A stretch of 64,000 bases of DNA from Eledone cirrhosa (Eukaryota). Shown piece after piece: positions 1 to 13,290 of this stretch; the first letter of the stretch is position 1; every line of letters starts with the position of its first letter. The translations under genes and the position numbers were made by a program. The stretch is taken from contig OZ024741.1 of the NCBI GenBank assembly GCA_964016885.1, forward strand, positions 27,032,001 through 27,096,000, written 5' to 3'. The notes beneath the pieces were generated by a model. It worked only from the letters and a program-made list of their open reading frames with translations. It had not been told where the DNA came from and made no database searches.

Positions 1-2850
1 ACACAGGAACACTCACAGACACATACATACTGACACAGGAACACATACAGACACATACATACTGACACAGGAACACTCACAGACACATACATACTGACAC
101 AGGAACACATACAGACACATACATACTGACACAGGAACACTCACAGACACATACATACTGACACAGGAACACTCACAGACACATACATACTGACACAGGA
201 ACACATACATACTGACACAGGAACACTCACAGACACATACATACTGACACAGGAACACTCACAGACACATACATACTGACACAGGAACACTCACAGACAC
301 ATACATACTGACACAGGAACACATACAGACACATACATACTGACACAGGAACACTCACAGACACATACATACTGACACAGGAACACATACAGACACATAC
401 ATACTGACACAGGAACACTCACAGACACATACATACTGACACAGGAACACTCACAGACACATACATACTGACACAGGAACACATACATACTGACACAGGA
501 ACACTCACAGACACATACATACTGACACAGGAACACATACAGACACATACATACTGACACAGGAACACTCACAGACACATACATACTGACACAGGAACAC
601 ATACAGACACATACATACTGACACAGGAACACTCACAGACACATACATACTGACACAGGAACACTCACAGACACATACATACTGACACAGGAACACATAC
701 ATACTGACACAGGAACACTCACAGACACATACATACTGACACAGGAACACTCACAGACACATACATACTGACACAGGAACACTCACAGACACATACATAC
801 TGACACAGGAACACTCACAGACACATACATACTGACACAGGAACACTCACAGACACATACATACTGACACAGGAACACATACATACTGACACAGGAACAC
901 TCACAGACACATACATACTGACACAGGAACACATACAGACACATTCATACTGACACAGGAACACTCACAGACACATACATACTGACACAGGAACACTCAC
1001 AGACACATACATACTGACACAGGAACACTCACAGACACATACATACTGACACAGGAACACTCACAGACACATACATACTGACACAGGAACACTCACAGAC
1101 ACATACATACTGACACAGGAACACTCACAGACACATACATACTGACACAGGAACACATACAGACACATACATACTGACACAGGAACACTCACAGACACAT
1201 ACATACTGACACAGGAACACTCACAGACACATACATACTGACACAGGAACACTCACAGTCACATACATACTGACACAGGAACACTCACAGTCACATACAT
1301 ACTGACACAGGAACACTCACAGACACATACATACTGACACAGGAACACTCACAGACACATACATACTGACACAGGAACACTCACAGACACATACATACTG
1401 ACACAGGAACACTCACAGACACATACATACTGACACAGGAACACTCACAGACACATACATACTGACACAGGAACACTCACAGACACATACATACTGACAC
1501 AGGAACACTCACACACACATACATACTGACACAGGAACACTCACAGACACATACATACTGACACAGGAACACTCACAGACACATACATACTGACACAGGA
1601 ACACTCACAGTCACATACATACTGACACAGGAACACTCACAGACACATACATACTGACACAGGAACACTCACAGACACATACATACTGACACAGGAACAC
1701 TCACAGACACATACATACTGACACAGGAACACATACAGACACATACATACTGACACAGGAACACTCACAGACACATACATACTGACACAGGAACACTCAC
1801 AGACACATACATACTGACACAGGAACACTCACAGACACATACATACTGACACAGGAACACTCACAGACACATACATACTGACACATACATACTGACACAG
1901 GAACACTCACAGACACATACATACTGACACAGGAACACTCACAGACACATACATACTGACACGGGAACACTCACAGACACATACATACTGACACAGGAAC
2001 ACATACAGACACATACATACTGACACAGGAACACTCACAGACACATACATACTGACACAGGAACACTCACAGACACATACATACTGACACAGGAACACTC
2101 ACAGACACATACATACTGACACAGGAACACTCACAGACACATACATACTGACACAGGAACACATACAGACACATACATACTGACACAGGAACACTCACAG
2201 ACACATACATACTGACACATACATACTGACACAGGAACACTCACAGACACATACATACTGACACAGGAACACTCACAGACACATACATACTGACACGGGA
2301 ACACTCACAGACACATACATACTGACACATACATACTGACACAGGAACACTCACAGACACATACATACTGACACAGGAACACATACAGACACATACATAC
2401 TGACACAGGAACACTCACAGACACATACATACTGACACATACATACTGACACAGGAACACTCACAGACACATACATACTGACACAGGAACACTCACAGAC
2501 ACATACATACTGACACAGGAACACTCACAGACACATACATACTGACACAGGAACACATACAGACACATACATACTGACACAGGAACACTCACAGACACAT
2601 ACATACTGACACATACATACTGACACAGGAACACTCACAGACACATACATACTGACACAGGAACACTCACAGACACATACATACTGACACGGGAACACTC
2701 ACAGACACATACATACTGACACAGGAACACTCACAGACACATACATACTGACACAGGAACACTCACAGACACATACATACTGACACAGGAACACTCACAG
2801 ACACATACATACTGACACAGGAACACATACATACATACTGATACAGGAAC
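1..2850. repeat. 32-bp minisatellite (ACACAGGAACACTCACAGACACATACATACTG), runs off the window start
   Basis: Directly visible period of 32, with a CACATAC/CACTCAC variant and 22-bp and 14-bp deletion units; about 90 units. Confidence 0.97.
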
Positions 2851-2874
2851 ACACACATACACAATCACATGCAC

Positions 2875-2905
<31 letters not shown>

Positions 2906-2924
2906 GGAGCTCCCTCCAACTCAC

Positions 2925-3020
2925 TGCTATGGTACATATATTGATTGAAAGTGTTCAGAGACCATATAAGTGGAAAACTGATTTCAACCAACCTCACTAG
3001 ATTTTCATATAGGCTGTCCA
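2925..3020 (-). CDS. Candidate internal coding exon of an unidentified host gene (xDSLYENLVRLVEISFPLIWSLNTFNQYMYHSx)
   Basis: Unique island between repeats. On the minus strand: CACCAG acceptor, 96-bp open frame (phase 1-1), strong GTGAGT donor. Confidence 0.45.
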
Positions 3021-3325
3021 CTGGTGATAGTGGGGGTGGGGGTGGCGTGTGGGGGGGTGAAGGTAACAGCAGTGCTGTTGGTAGTGGTGGTAGGAGAGTG
3101 ACGGTGACAGTGATGATAGTGGTGGTGATGGGAGAGTGGAAGTGTTATGATGAGAGTGATGGTGATGGTGGTGACTGTCTACAGTACATACCTTAGTTAA
3201 AAGTTGACCCTTCTAATACCCCCCCCCCCCCCCCGCCGCCAGAAACTGGCTCTTGTTACACAATACAAATGTTTTGTTTTAATTTTAAGTGTTTATATTT
3301 ATCTAAAAACTTTCCATCATAATTT

Positions 3326-3511
3326 TATTGTTTCTGCTTTTGGCATGAGGCCAGCAATTATCTCAGTGCATTACTGCTATTTTATTTTATTGACCCTATA
3401 AGGAGGAAAGGCAAAGTTAACCTTGGCAGGATTTGAACTCAGAACGCAAAGGGACGTAACTCTATGTTGCAAAGCATGGTGTCTGACGCTCTACCGATAC
3501 TGCCAATCCAC
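3326..3511 (-). mobile_element. tRNA-derived SINE (family S1)
   Basis: Reverse complement has A box TGGCAGTATCGG, B box GAGTTCAAATCC, a GCCTTTC..GGGTCAATAAAAT body and a GAAACAAT tail; homologous to the copies at 23635, 31647 and 42503. Confidence 0.85.
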
Positions 3512-3556
3512 AGCTATAATTTTATGTAAGAACCTTTGTTACGTTATTTCTCTAAA

Positions 3557-3950
3557 TACAGGTGTACTTGGACCCTGTACTGCCGAGATCCTCTGCAAGG
3601 TCGGAGCATCGGTGGCCTGTCTGAGGAGGGAGCCTCACAAGGTTGGGTGGCTGTTGCAGCGGGTGTCATTGGCCATCATCCGCAGGAATGCTTTTGCCGT
3701 CTTGTCAGCGGGGCACAGCACTTCTGTCCTCTTGTCCTAGGCCCAAAGCCCAATCACCCTCCCCCTTCACCCCTCCCCTCTTTTCTGTGACACCAGAGCT
3801 CTTGCCATCCACCCGCCCGTTCTTTTTCTTCTTTCTTTCTCTCTTTTTTAAAAATATATTTTCCTATTCTTTCTTTCCTTTTGTTTCCTCCTTTTTTTTT
3901 TATTATCTCTATATTAAAATAAATAGACAGAAACTATAAAAATAAATAAA
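3557..3950 (+). mobile_element. 3' fragment of a CRE-clade non-LTR retrotransposon (RLE-domain C-terminus plus 3'UTR)
   Basis: Translation TGVLGPCTAEILCKVG...REPHKVGWLLQRVSLAIIRRNAFAVL* resembles the CRE-clade terminal motif (G.LGP...EP....L.QR.S.AI.RGNA..VL); a pyrimidine-rich then A-rich tail follows. Confidence 0.7.
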
Positions 3951-4114
3951 TACAAACTTAACAATAATGAGAAAGTTAATTATATTATTAAATATCTCTG
4001 AATTTTTGTTTAGTTTTAAAATATTTTAAAAATTATAGGCAGTGTCTTTCATTAGAACTATTTTAAGAATAGAGTTAAAGTCTGTCCTTGTCCTAGAGAC
4101 TCATCAGATGGGAG

Positions 4115-7100
4115 CTTGTTCTAGTTTCATGTGGTATTAACCCAGTCATTGCCATATGTCTAATGAAAGACACTACCTTGTTCTAGTTTCATGTGGTATT
4201 AACCCAGTCATTGCCACATGTCTAATGAAAGACACTGCCTTGTTCTAGTTTCATGTGGTATTAACCCAGTCATTGCCACATGTCTAATGAAAGACACTAC
4301 CTTGTTCTAGTTTCATGTGGTATTAACCCAGTCATTACCACATGTCCAATGAAAGACACTACCTTGTTCTAGTTTCATGTGGTATTAACCCAGTCATTAC
4401 CACATGTCTAATGAAAGACTACCTTGTTATAGTTTCATGTGGTATTAACCCAGTCATTACCACATGTCCAATGAAAGACACTGCCTTGTTCTAGTTTCAT
4501 GTGGTATTAACCCAGTCATTACCACATGTCTAATGAAATATGCCTTGTTCTAATTTCATGTGGTATTAACCCAGTCATTGCCACATGTCTAATGAAAGAC
4601 ACTACCTTGTTCTAGTTTCATGTGGTATTAACCCAGTCATTGCCACATGTCTAATGAAAGACACTACCTTGTTCTAGTTTCATGTGGTATTAACCCAGTC
4701 ATTGCCACATGTCTAATGAAAGACACTATCTTGTTCTAGTTTCATGTGGTATTAACCCAGTCATTACCACATGTCTAATGAAAGACACTACCTTGTTCTA
4801 GTTTCATGTGGTATTAACCCAGTCATTGCCACATGTCTAATGAAAGACACTACCTTGTTCTAGTTTCATGTGGTATTAACCCAGTCATTACCACATGTCT
4901 AATGAAAGACACTACCTTGTTCTAGTTTCATGTGGTGTTAACCCAGTCATTACCACATGTCTAATGAAATATGCCTTGTTCTAATTTCATGTGGTATTAA
5001 CCCAGTCATTGCCACATGTGTAATGAAAGACACTGCCTTGTTCTAGTTTCATGTGGTATTAACCCAGTCATTACCACATGTCTAATGAAATATGCCTTGT
5101 TCTAATTTCATGTGGTATTAACCCAGTCATTGCCACATGTCTAATGAAAGACACTACCTTGTTCTAGTTTCATGTGGTATTAACCCAGTCATTACCACAT
5201 GTCTAATGAAAGACACTACCGTGTTCTAGTTTCATGTGGTATTAACCCAGTCATTACCACATGTCTAATGAAAGACACTACCTTGTTCTAGTTTCATGTG
5301 GTATTAACCCAGTCATTACCACATGTCTAATGAAAGACACTACCTTGTTCTAGTTTCATGTGGTATTAACCCAGTCATTACCACATGTCTAATGAAAGAC
5401 ACTACCTTGTTCTAGTTTCATGTGGTATTAACCCAGTCATTACCACATGTCTAATGAAAGACACTACCTTGTTCTAGTTTCATGTGGTATCAACCCAGTC
5501 ATTACCACATGTCTAATGAAAGACACTACCTTGTTCTAGTTTCATGTGGTGTTAACCCAGTCATTACCACATGTCTAATGAAAGACACTACCTTGTTCTA
5601 GTTTCATGTAGTATTAACCCAGTCATTACCACAAGTCTAATGAAAGACACTGCCTTGTTCTAGTTTCATGTGGTATTAACCCAGTCATTACCACATGTCT
5701 AATGAAATATGCCTTGTTCTAATTTCATGTGGTATTAACCCAGTCATTGCCACATGTCTAATGAAAGACACTACCTTGTTCTAGTTTCATGTGGTATTAA
5801 CCCAGTCATTGCCACATGTCTAATGAAAGACACTACCTTGTTCTAGTTTCAATTGGTATTAACCCAGTCATTACCACATGTCTAATGAAAGACACTACCT
5901 TGTTCTAGTTTCATGTGGTATTAACCCAGTCATTGCCACATGTCTAATGAAAGACACTACCTTGTTCTAGTTTCATGTGGTATTAACCCAGTCATTACCA
6001 CATGTCTAATGAAAGACACTACCTTCTTCTAGTTGCATGTGGTATTAACCCAGTCATTGCCACATGTCTAATGAAAGACACTACCTTGTTCTAGTTTCAT
6101 GTGGTATTAACCCAGTCATTGCCACATGTCTAATGAAAGACACTACCTTGTTCTAGTTTATTGTGGTATTAACCCAGTCATTACCACATGTCTAATGAAA
6201 GACACTACCTTGTTCTAGTTTCATGTGGTATTAACCCAGTCATTACCACATGTCTAATGAAAGACACTGCCTTGTTCTAGTTTCATGTGGTATTAACCCA
6301 GTCATTACCACATGTCTAATGAAATATGCCTTGTTCTAATTTCATGTGGTATTAACCCAGTCATTGCCACATGTCTAATGAAAGACACTACCTTGTTCTA
6401 GTTTCATGTGGTATTAACCCAGTCATTGCCACATGTCTAATGAAAGACACTACATTGTTCTAGTTTCATGTGGTATTAACCCAGTCATTGCCACATGTCT
6501 AATGAAAGACACTATCTTGTTCTAGTTTCATGTGGTATTAACCCAGTCATTACCACATGTCTAATGAAAGACACTACCTTGTTCTAGTTTCATGTGGTAT
6601 TAACCCAGTCATTGCCACATGTCTAATGAAAGACACTACCTTGTTCTAGTTTCATGTGGTATTAACCCAGTCATTACCACATGTCTAATGAAAGACACTA
6701 CCTTGTTCTAGTTTCATGTGGTATTAACCCAGTCATTGCCACATGTCTAATGAAAGACACTACCTTGTTCTAGTTTCATGTGGTATTAACCCAGTCATTG
6801 CCACATGTCTAATGAAAGACACTATCTTGTTCTAGTTTCATGTGGTATTAACCCAGTCATTACCACATGTCTAATGAAAGACACTACCTTGTTCTAGTGT
6901 CATGTGGTATTAACCCAGTCATTGCCACATGTCTAATGAAAGACACTACCTTGTTCTAGTTTCTTGTGGTATTAACCCAGTCATTACCACATGTTTAATG
7001 AAAGACACTACCTTGTTCTAGTTTCATGTGGTATTAACCCAGTCATTACCACATGTCTAATGAAAGACACTGCCTTGTTCTAGTTTCATGTGGTATTAAC

Positions 7101-7286
7101 CCAGTCATTTCCACATGTCTAATGAAAGACACTACCTTGTTCTAGTTTCATGTGGTATTAACCCAGTCATTTCCACATGTCTAATGAAAGACACTACCTT
7201 GTTCTAGTTTCATATGGTATTAACCCAGTCATTACCACATGTCTAATGAAAGACACTGCCTTGTTCTAGTTTCATGTGGTATTAAC
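4115..7286. repeat. 62-bp satellite (TTGTTCTAGTTTCATGTGGTATTAACCCAGTCATTRCCACATGTCTAATGAAAGACACTACC), about 51 units
   Basis: Period of 62 read directly; recurrent 60-bp variant (AATGAAATATGCCTTGTTCTAATTTC); internal inverted repeat CATGTGGTA/TACCACATG. Confidence 0.97.
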
Positions 7287-7447
7287 ACTCCCTAAGTAGG
7301 GGTGGGTTCTGCCTGACAATGCTCCTTAGCATCCTGCTCCATGTGTTTCTGTCTGCCAGTCTCAATTGGGCCAGGCCATGCCTAGCTCGATCCCGACAGA
7401 ATCCTCCATCCAACTCCTTTTTGGTCTTCCTGGGACTCTTTTGTATC
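7287..7447 (-). mobile_element. Degraded LINE (RTE-like) C-terminal fragment abutting the 62-bp array
   Basis: Minus-strand translation KRVPGRPKRSWMED..., then frameshifted DRNTWSRMLRSIV, matching the GRP..W / DR..W LINE C-terminal motifs. Confidence 0.55.
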
Positions 7448-7529
7448 ATAGAACCAGAATGGCTTCAGTCGGTTTCACATCAAAAGAGTTAAAAGGCAAA
7501 GAGTACAAGAGCACCCCCTACTGTATAGA

Positions 7530-7673
7530 AGTTATTTTGTTGCAAAACAACATGAACAACATGAAATGAAGTACCTTGCTCAAGGACTCAACACAACATC
7601 TTATGCCAGAATCAAACCCACAGCCTTCTAATATTGTGTGCCCAATACTACAATTATTAGACCATACACCTTC
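7530..7673 (-). mobile_element. Degraded CORE-type tRNA SINE (5' part)
   Basis: Reverse complement reads TGAAGGTGTATGG...GGGTTTGATTCT...GTCCTTGAGCAAGGTACTTCATTTCA; homologous to the SINE at 39941-40250. Confidence 0.6.
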
Positions 7674-7681
7674 AACTAGGG

Positions 7682-7821
7682 CAGTATGGGCAACCTTTTT
7701 CAAGCAGTGGGTCTCATAGGGTGTGTCTTATAAGGCGGGCTGCACTACTAAAAAGTTCAAAGCAATTTTGAAAGCCAAACTGGCTGCATGTGATTCATAG
7801 GCCACAGTTTGCCCATGACTG
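7682..7821. mobile_element. hAT (Charlie-like) MITE
   Basis: Imperfect TIRs CAGTATGGGCAAC / TTTGCCCATGACTG; 8-bp flanks AACTAGGG and ATCTAGGA resemble the NTCTAGAN target duplication. Confidence 0.6.
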
Positions 7822-8199
7822 ATCTAGGACTACTTTATCTAATGTCATTTTACTAGGGTATGAATATAGTGTGATATAACTGCTATTTCTAGTAGTTGGA
7901 ATTTCAGGGTTGTGGAGTGAACTTCTTAACCATTTCAGTCATGCTGTGTCTATGTAAAAAGAAGCTAATGTAACTGCTACTGTTGTTGTTATCATTGTTG
8001 TTGTTGGTGGTGGCAGCAATGCACAATGCAACCAGGAAAGAGAGGGGGTGGGGGAGAAAGAGAGGGAGAGAGAGAGAGAGAGAGAAAGTGTAGAATGCTG
8101 GGTTGACTATCCTCTAGTATTTCAGTTTTATACTACTGCATTGTGGGTTTAAATGTTTTTGCTATTGACATTGTCTTATCCATCCCCTCCATATAGTTG

Positions 8200-8390
8200 A
8201 TGTGTCAATGAGGAAGACTATGGACACTTTACCTGCTAGAGATAGCTGCCAATTCATACTTTATCACCTTGAAAAAGAAGGACACATGGAATAATGTAAT
8301 TCTAAAAACACTACATCTGATAAAACCCAGATGGGTTGGTCACAGGGAGAATGTCTTTGATCATTGGTCTGTTTGACTTAAAACTAAACT
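8200..8390 (+). repeat. Dispersed repeat family (GCTAGAAATAGC..CCAAAT..GGTCATGG..GAATG); related copies at about 9375-9550 (-) and 27590-27750 (+)
   Basis: Three diverged homologous segments in the window; class uncertain, probably a SINE or LINE tail. Confidence 0.5.
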
Positions 8391-9751
8391 ACTGCGGTAT
8401 TGTTAAGTTATTGGCTTTTTAATCCTCTTCTGGCCTACTTGGGTGGTAAATTTAATTCATTGCTTGGTTAAACACCACTACTTGGCCCTTGGGTGCTTTT
8501 AGAGAAGTTGACTCTGTTGCAAGCATTTGGGCCAGATCTCCTATTTGACGACACCTTCCTCTTCTCCCTTCCACTAGTCTTCAAAACCCCGAAAAGAGTT
8601 GTGGGTACTACTCTTCTCTCATAACTAAATAGTAAACTCTTTATATGCTTTCCCTTACAAAAAAATTTACCTTGTACACACACACAAACACACCAAAAAA
8701 AAAATCATTATTGATATTGCTGGAACATTTCCACCTAAGATATTTTGGTTATAGTCTCTTATGTCAGCTCTGTTACCCAAGTTGTCTCCTACCTCCTCTT
8801 CACCAAGGTCAGTGTTTCATAACACCACCATCACCCTCCTATATATATATTCACCCCTTCGTCTCCTATTTCAGCTATTCACTGTTATTTCTATTCAGCT
8901 CTTTATGAATATGTTTTAATTAAATATTTCCATAGAGTTTTTCATGGAATCTACTCAATTTCTTTTGATTATGTCTTTTAACAAGAACAAGAACTACAAA
9001 ATAGAAACAAGATGAAGCATAAAAAACTCACCATTCAACCACCATTTGTGTAAAACTACTTGGTTCTCTTTTTTTATCTTAAAAGGAAATATTAATTTTC
9101 AATGGGCTTTATTGAATCTAGTGCTAAACATGTTGCATGTTTGGCTGCCATGTTGAAGCTCTATACATGAATGAAATATTTTGATTGGTTGGCTGTAGTC
9201 ACATGACCAGATGATGCCTGAAACAGCCATTATTTTATATTATATTATTCTTTTTACTGTTGCAGAGAAGTCTAAATTGTGAGAGAACAAAACAAAACTG
9301 GTTAGAATTTTAGAGGAACTGCTTGTTGTTACCTTCACTCACTTACTAAAAGAACTATTTAAGGAGCAAAGTTGCTATTCAACCCCATGTCAGCCTTTGT
9401 TATACACGTCTATGACCAAAAGCATTCTAACCATGACCAACTCACCTTATACATAGTTTGTCATGTGCAGCAGAGCCTATGTCCTTCATTTCTTTTAAAG
9501 ACAGTAAGGTATTGATTTGAGAAAGATTTCCATGCTATTTCTATCAGCTCCTTTACAAGTTTCTGGGGTGAAGTTTTGCTTAATGGTGCTGCCATAAACC
9601 TCTTCTATACCATAGGTTTTCAAACTGTGCCTCAACTCTCTAGTGTGTCATTAAATTAAGTGAAATCTGAGGAATTGCTACCACTATGTTGCTGTGAAAT
9701 ATGTTAGACGTCTGATAACTCTGTGTAAAATACATATATGAAAACATACAC

Positions 9752-10555
9752 AAGTTCAGAGAGCTTATACTGCTGTTGGCCACAAAAGGTTTCTCTCTAA
9801 AAATGAAAGGCAGATTGTATGATGCCTGTATACGAATAGCAATGTTACATGGCAGTGAGACATGGGCATTGTGTGCAGAAGACCTGCGCAGACTGGAAAG
9901 GAACGAAGCATGCATGCTACATTGGATGTGTAATAGTAATATACGTGAACAGCAAAGCATAAATGAACTAAGTGAGAAATTAGGAATAAGAGGGATCAGA
10001 TGCTGTTTACTCGAGAGAAGGCTACGTTGGTATGGTCACGTGATGCGCATGAAGACAACAGCTGTATAAAAAAGTACAGGGCGATCAAAATAGATGGAAG
10101 TGACGGAGTAGGTAGACCCAGAAAATCCTGGGACGTTCTGATAAATTACGACCTTACACACTTACACCTCTCTGAGACAATGTCACTGGACCGAGATCTT
10201 TGGCGCCACGCAGTAATACAGAAGACCCGCCTTGCCTATGTACAAAGTGAAACCTACAGTCAGTAGGCACCTCTTAACCAAATATACACCCCAATCCACT
10301 ACCCCTACTCCATCCTCCCACTCCCCAAAAAACACACAGTCCACGCTGTAATGTGACCGTGTAGGTAACACGGTAAAACGTTCCCAGTCCACACTGTAAA
10401 TGAGGTTGGTGTTAGGAAGGGCATCTAGCTGTAGAAAACCTGCCAGATAGTCCTATACGAGCGAGACATGGTCACCCCTCCAACCTTGCTTCAAATTGGG
10501 ACAACTCCTGTCTAACCCATGCTAGCGTGGAAGATAGACATTTAATGATGATGAT
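9752..10555 (+). mobile_element. 5'-truncated RTE-clade LINE, family B (older copy)
   Basis: KGRLYDACIRIAMLHGSETW...RRLRWYGHVMR...GRPRKSW...DRDLWR; ends in a (GAT)n tail; one frameshift near 10050. Confidence 0.9.
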
Positions 10556-10582
10556 ACACAAACACAAAATAGACACATGCAT

Positions 10583-10814
10583 ATTAACACTTTAGCATTT
10601 ACATTACTCTATATTTATTATTGTATTTTCATGGTAAACACTTTATCTCACATAATTATCCCACATAATATCAAATCTATGAGATTTTGATATTATTTAT
10701 TTTGAGAAGAAGACCATAACATTATAATATGAGCGGCCAGTTATGGCCTATTTGAACAGAAAAAAGTGAGAGAAATTTGCCCAGATTCAGCCTGTTTAAA
10801 TGCTAAATGGTTAA
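10583..10814. mobile_element. TTAA-flanked (piggyBac-like) MITE type 1
   Basis: Termini TTAACACTTTAGCATTT ... AAATGCTAAATGGTTAA; homologous to 39427-39638 and 39748-40284. Confidence 0.7.
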
Positions 10815-11064
10815 GCCCTTTGATACCAAACCACCTGAAACAACCCTGGTTTTATGATACACAACTCCCCATATTAAAATATTCCTATTTATGATAAAAA
10901 TTCTATCAAAGAATTTTTTTAAAGAAATATTAATTAAATAATTTTCAAAATGTTAGCTTAATAACAAAAAGGTTAATCAGTTTATTGGATTGGATGATTT
11001 TTCTAGAATTATTGAAACACATAGGTAGTATATTTCATTGGAAATATGGTAACTAAAGGGTTAA
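10811..11064. mobile_element. TTAA-flanked MITE type 2, sharing a TTAA with the type 1 copy
   Basis: Termini TTAAGCCCTTTGATACC ... GGTAACTAAAGGGTTAA; similar to 39635-40406. Confidence 0.6.
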
Positions 11065-11126
<62 letters not shown>

Positions 11127-11319
11127 CTAATTATGAATGACATGAGAATGAGAGAACATGGAAGGGATGAAATATATCAATAGAGTATAAAAGAGGGCTG
11201 GGAAACGAGTGAAATATAGAAACAAAAAGACAATGAGAGTGAAATAAAGTATATGAAAAGATGTGATAGTGAGGGGAAGGGGGACCATTCTATGTACATT
11301 AGTATGTGAGTGTGTGTGT

Positions 11320-11930
11320 ACATCATCATCACCATCATCATCATCATTTTAATGTGTGTTCACTGCTAAGAAGGGTTTACATAGACCAGTACTGAAGCAG
11401 GGCTACTGATCTCCAAGACAGGCCATGCATTTGTTGTCTTGCTTATATATAGTTTCATGTTCTACCGAGTACTCAGGAGAGGTTGTCATGTCTTTGACAC
11501 AACTGAGGGTCCTCCCAACACTTTGAAGGATCTTTGGTTGTGGGTCTGGAGGTGATTGATGAGGTCATTCCAGGCCCAGAAACTGCCCACATGTAGGGCT
11601 AGGTGCAGCAGGTTACGTGGCTCATTTCTTGCATGCGAAGCGTTTCCTCTGAGACTCTGCAATGCGTCAGTTTTCTGCTTCACATGCTCCCCCAAAGATT
11701 TTGCTTTGCCAGTTTGGGTGATCTAGGGCAAGTGATTTCCAGCTACTGGGATTGCTGTTGAGGTTTTTGAGAGATGTTTTAAGATTGTCTTTAAAATGTT
11801 TCTTCTGTCCACCAAATAAGTGCTTGCCCTGGCTCAGCTCTCCCTACAGTAGCTGTTTCGGTAGTCTACTGTCACACATCCTGACAACATGACTTATCCA
11901 TCTGACTTGGGCCTTCTTTAGGAGAATGTG
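11320..11930 (-). mobile_element. Degraded RTE (BovB-like) LINE 3' end
   Basis: Minus-strand translation includes LPKQLL.GELSQGK...GQKKHFKDNLKTSLK...W...I; (GAT)n tail at 11320-11347. Confidence 0.75.
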
Positions 11931-13290
11931 GACAAGCTTCCTTGAGAGGATTAGTGTCTCAGTCTTTGTAGCAGTGATCTTCATTCCAGTCATGCACCAC
12001 TCAGCATCAAACCTATCATGTACATGTCAGAGATCACCTTCTGATGAGTTAAGTAGTACCATGTTCTCCGCAAATTCTAACCAACTGATCCCACCCCCAT
12101 CTGTCTCAATACCACTTCCAGCCTGGTTGCACATGTCAATCCTATCCATGAAGATTATGAACAGGAAAGGTGAGAGTATGCACCCTTCGCAGAGTGCAGC
12201 TCCCATATTGAATGGTTTCGATTTAGAACTATTTGAATACAAATACTATGGCATTTGCTTTGAGACATCAGGGAAACAAAAAGCTGTCCATGGATCCTGT
12301 AACAAGCTTTGTAAGCCTCCTTCTTTACTCGGATGGCATCTTTGACCTCTTGATTGAACCAACAGGACCCTCTTGTCACCTGGCACCACACTAAACTGCT
12401 TTTGTGCACAGTATTTAACAGCTGTGGCAGAAACTGCCGAGCTGAACAGTTTCCACTGTTTCAATGTTCCCAATTTGCTCAGGGAGTTCTCTGAATTTGG
12501 ATGCAATAGTATCCACAAACCTGGTCTTGACTTCCTTATCAGCCAGCACTTTCTTTTTTAATCTTGTAGGTCGACCTGAACCTGCCAGTTTTGTGAGCTT
12601 TGGTTTTAGGTAGTCTCAATTTGCAGATAACTAGATGGTTATCAGTTGACAGCTCAGCCCCTCTTTTGAAGAGACCAGAAACAATAACAAAATCAGTTAT
12701 TGATCTCTGTCCTCGATTTCACTTACACCATGTATATTTATGTGTTGGAAGGTGTTCATAATTGAGAGTCCATTACTAGAACAGATGTTTAATAAGACCT
12801 CTCCATTCATATTTAGATTGAGATTGCCATTCTTTCCAGTCACTCCATGTCAGTTGGTCAGTGGCAACATGTACATTGAAGTCTCCCATCAGGATATATG
12901 ACTTAGTCTTAACTATATCTAATGCTGCAGTGACTTCATCAAGGAAGACTCTTTGTTTGGTGCATAAACTTGCACCACCCACAAAGACTTATCTTTCAGA
13001 CTAAGCTTCAAGAGTAATCCTCCTCCCTAATGGGATCCAGACCATAACACAATCGAGGGTTTGTATGTATCCTCACTCCTGCCTGTGCAGTCATTTCTGG
13101 CACCCCGCCTGAATAGAAGGGTTTCCATCCTCCATCCAAATCTACAGTAGCAGAGCCACAGAACTGTGTTGAAGGAACCCCGGCCTCCTCCACTAGTTCC
13201 TGCTGCTTGCCTGTAAGGGTCACAACATTCCAGTTACCAATTGTCAGGTTTTGCTCCCTTCTTGACCCTCTCTGGAGTCTTGGGATACAT
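11931..13290 (-). mobile_element. Highly degraded, internally deleted RTE-clade LINE (APE and RT remnants)
   Basis: LTIGNWNVVTLTGKQQELVEEA, LMGDFNVHV, EGCILSPFLFIIFMDRI, and FAEN (decayed FADD) motifs in broken frames. Confidence 0.75.

Noticed and set aside
13-2850. Cys/Val-rich ORFs (MFLCQYVCVCECSC...)
   Set aside because: Translations of the 32-bp CA-rich minisatellite; the unit length is not a multiple of 3.
4085-4135. CTGATGAGTC..GAC on the minus strand beside the 62-bp array as a hammerhead
   Set aside because: Followed by AAGG rather than GAAA, and no stem I/III pairing could be built, including with the GAAACTAG of the array unit.
4115-7286. CRISPR-like appearance of a palindromic repeat array
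   Set aside because: No unique spacers; units are contiguous near-identical copies, no cas genes are present, and the context is eukaryotic.
9140-9215. Promoter-like cluster (ATTGG, GTCACATGAC E-box, GCCATGTT)
   Set aside because: No associated transcription unit evident; such motifs are common inside non-autonomous DNA elements.
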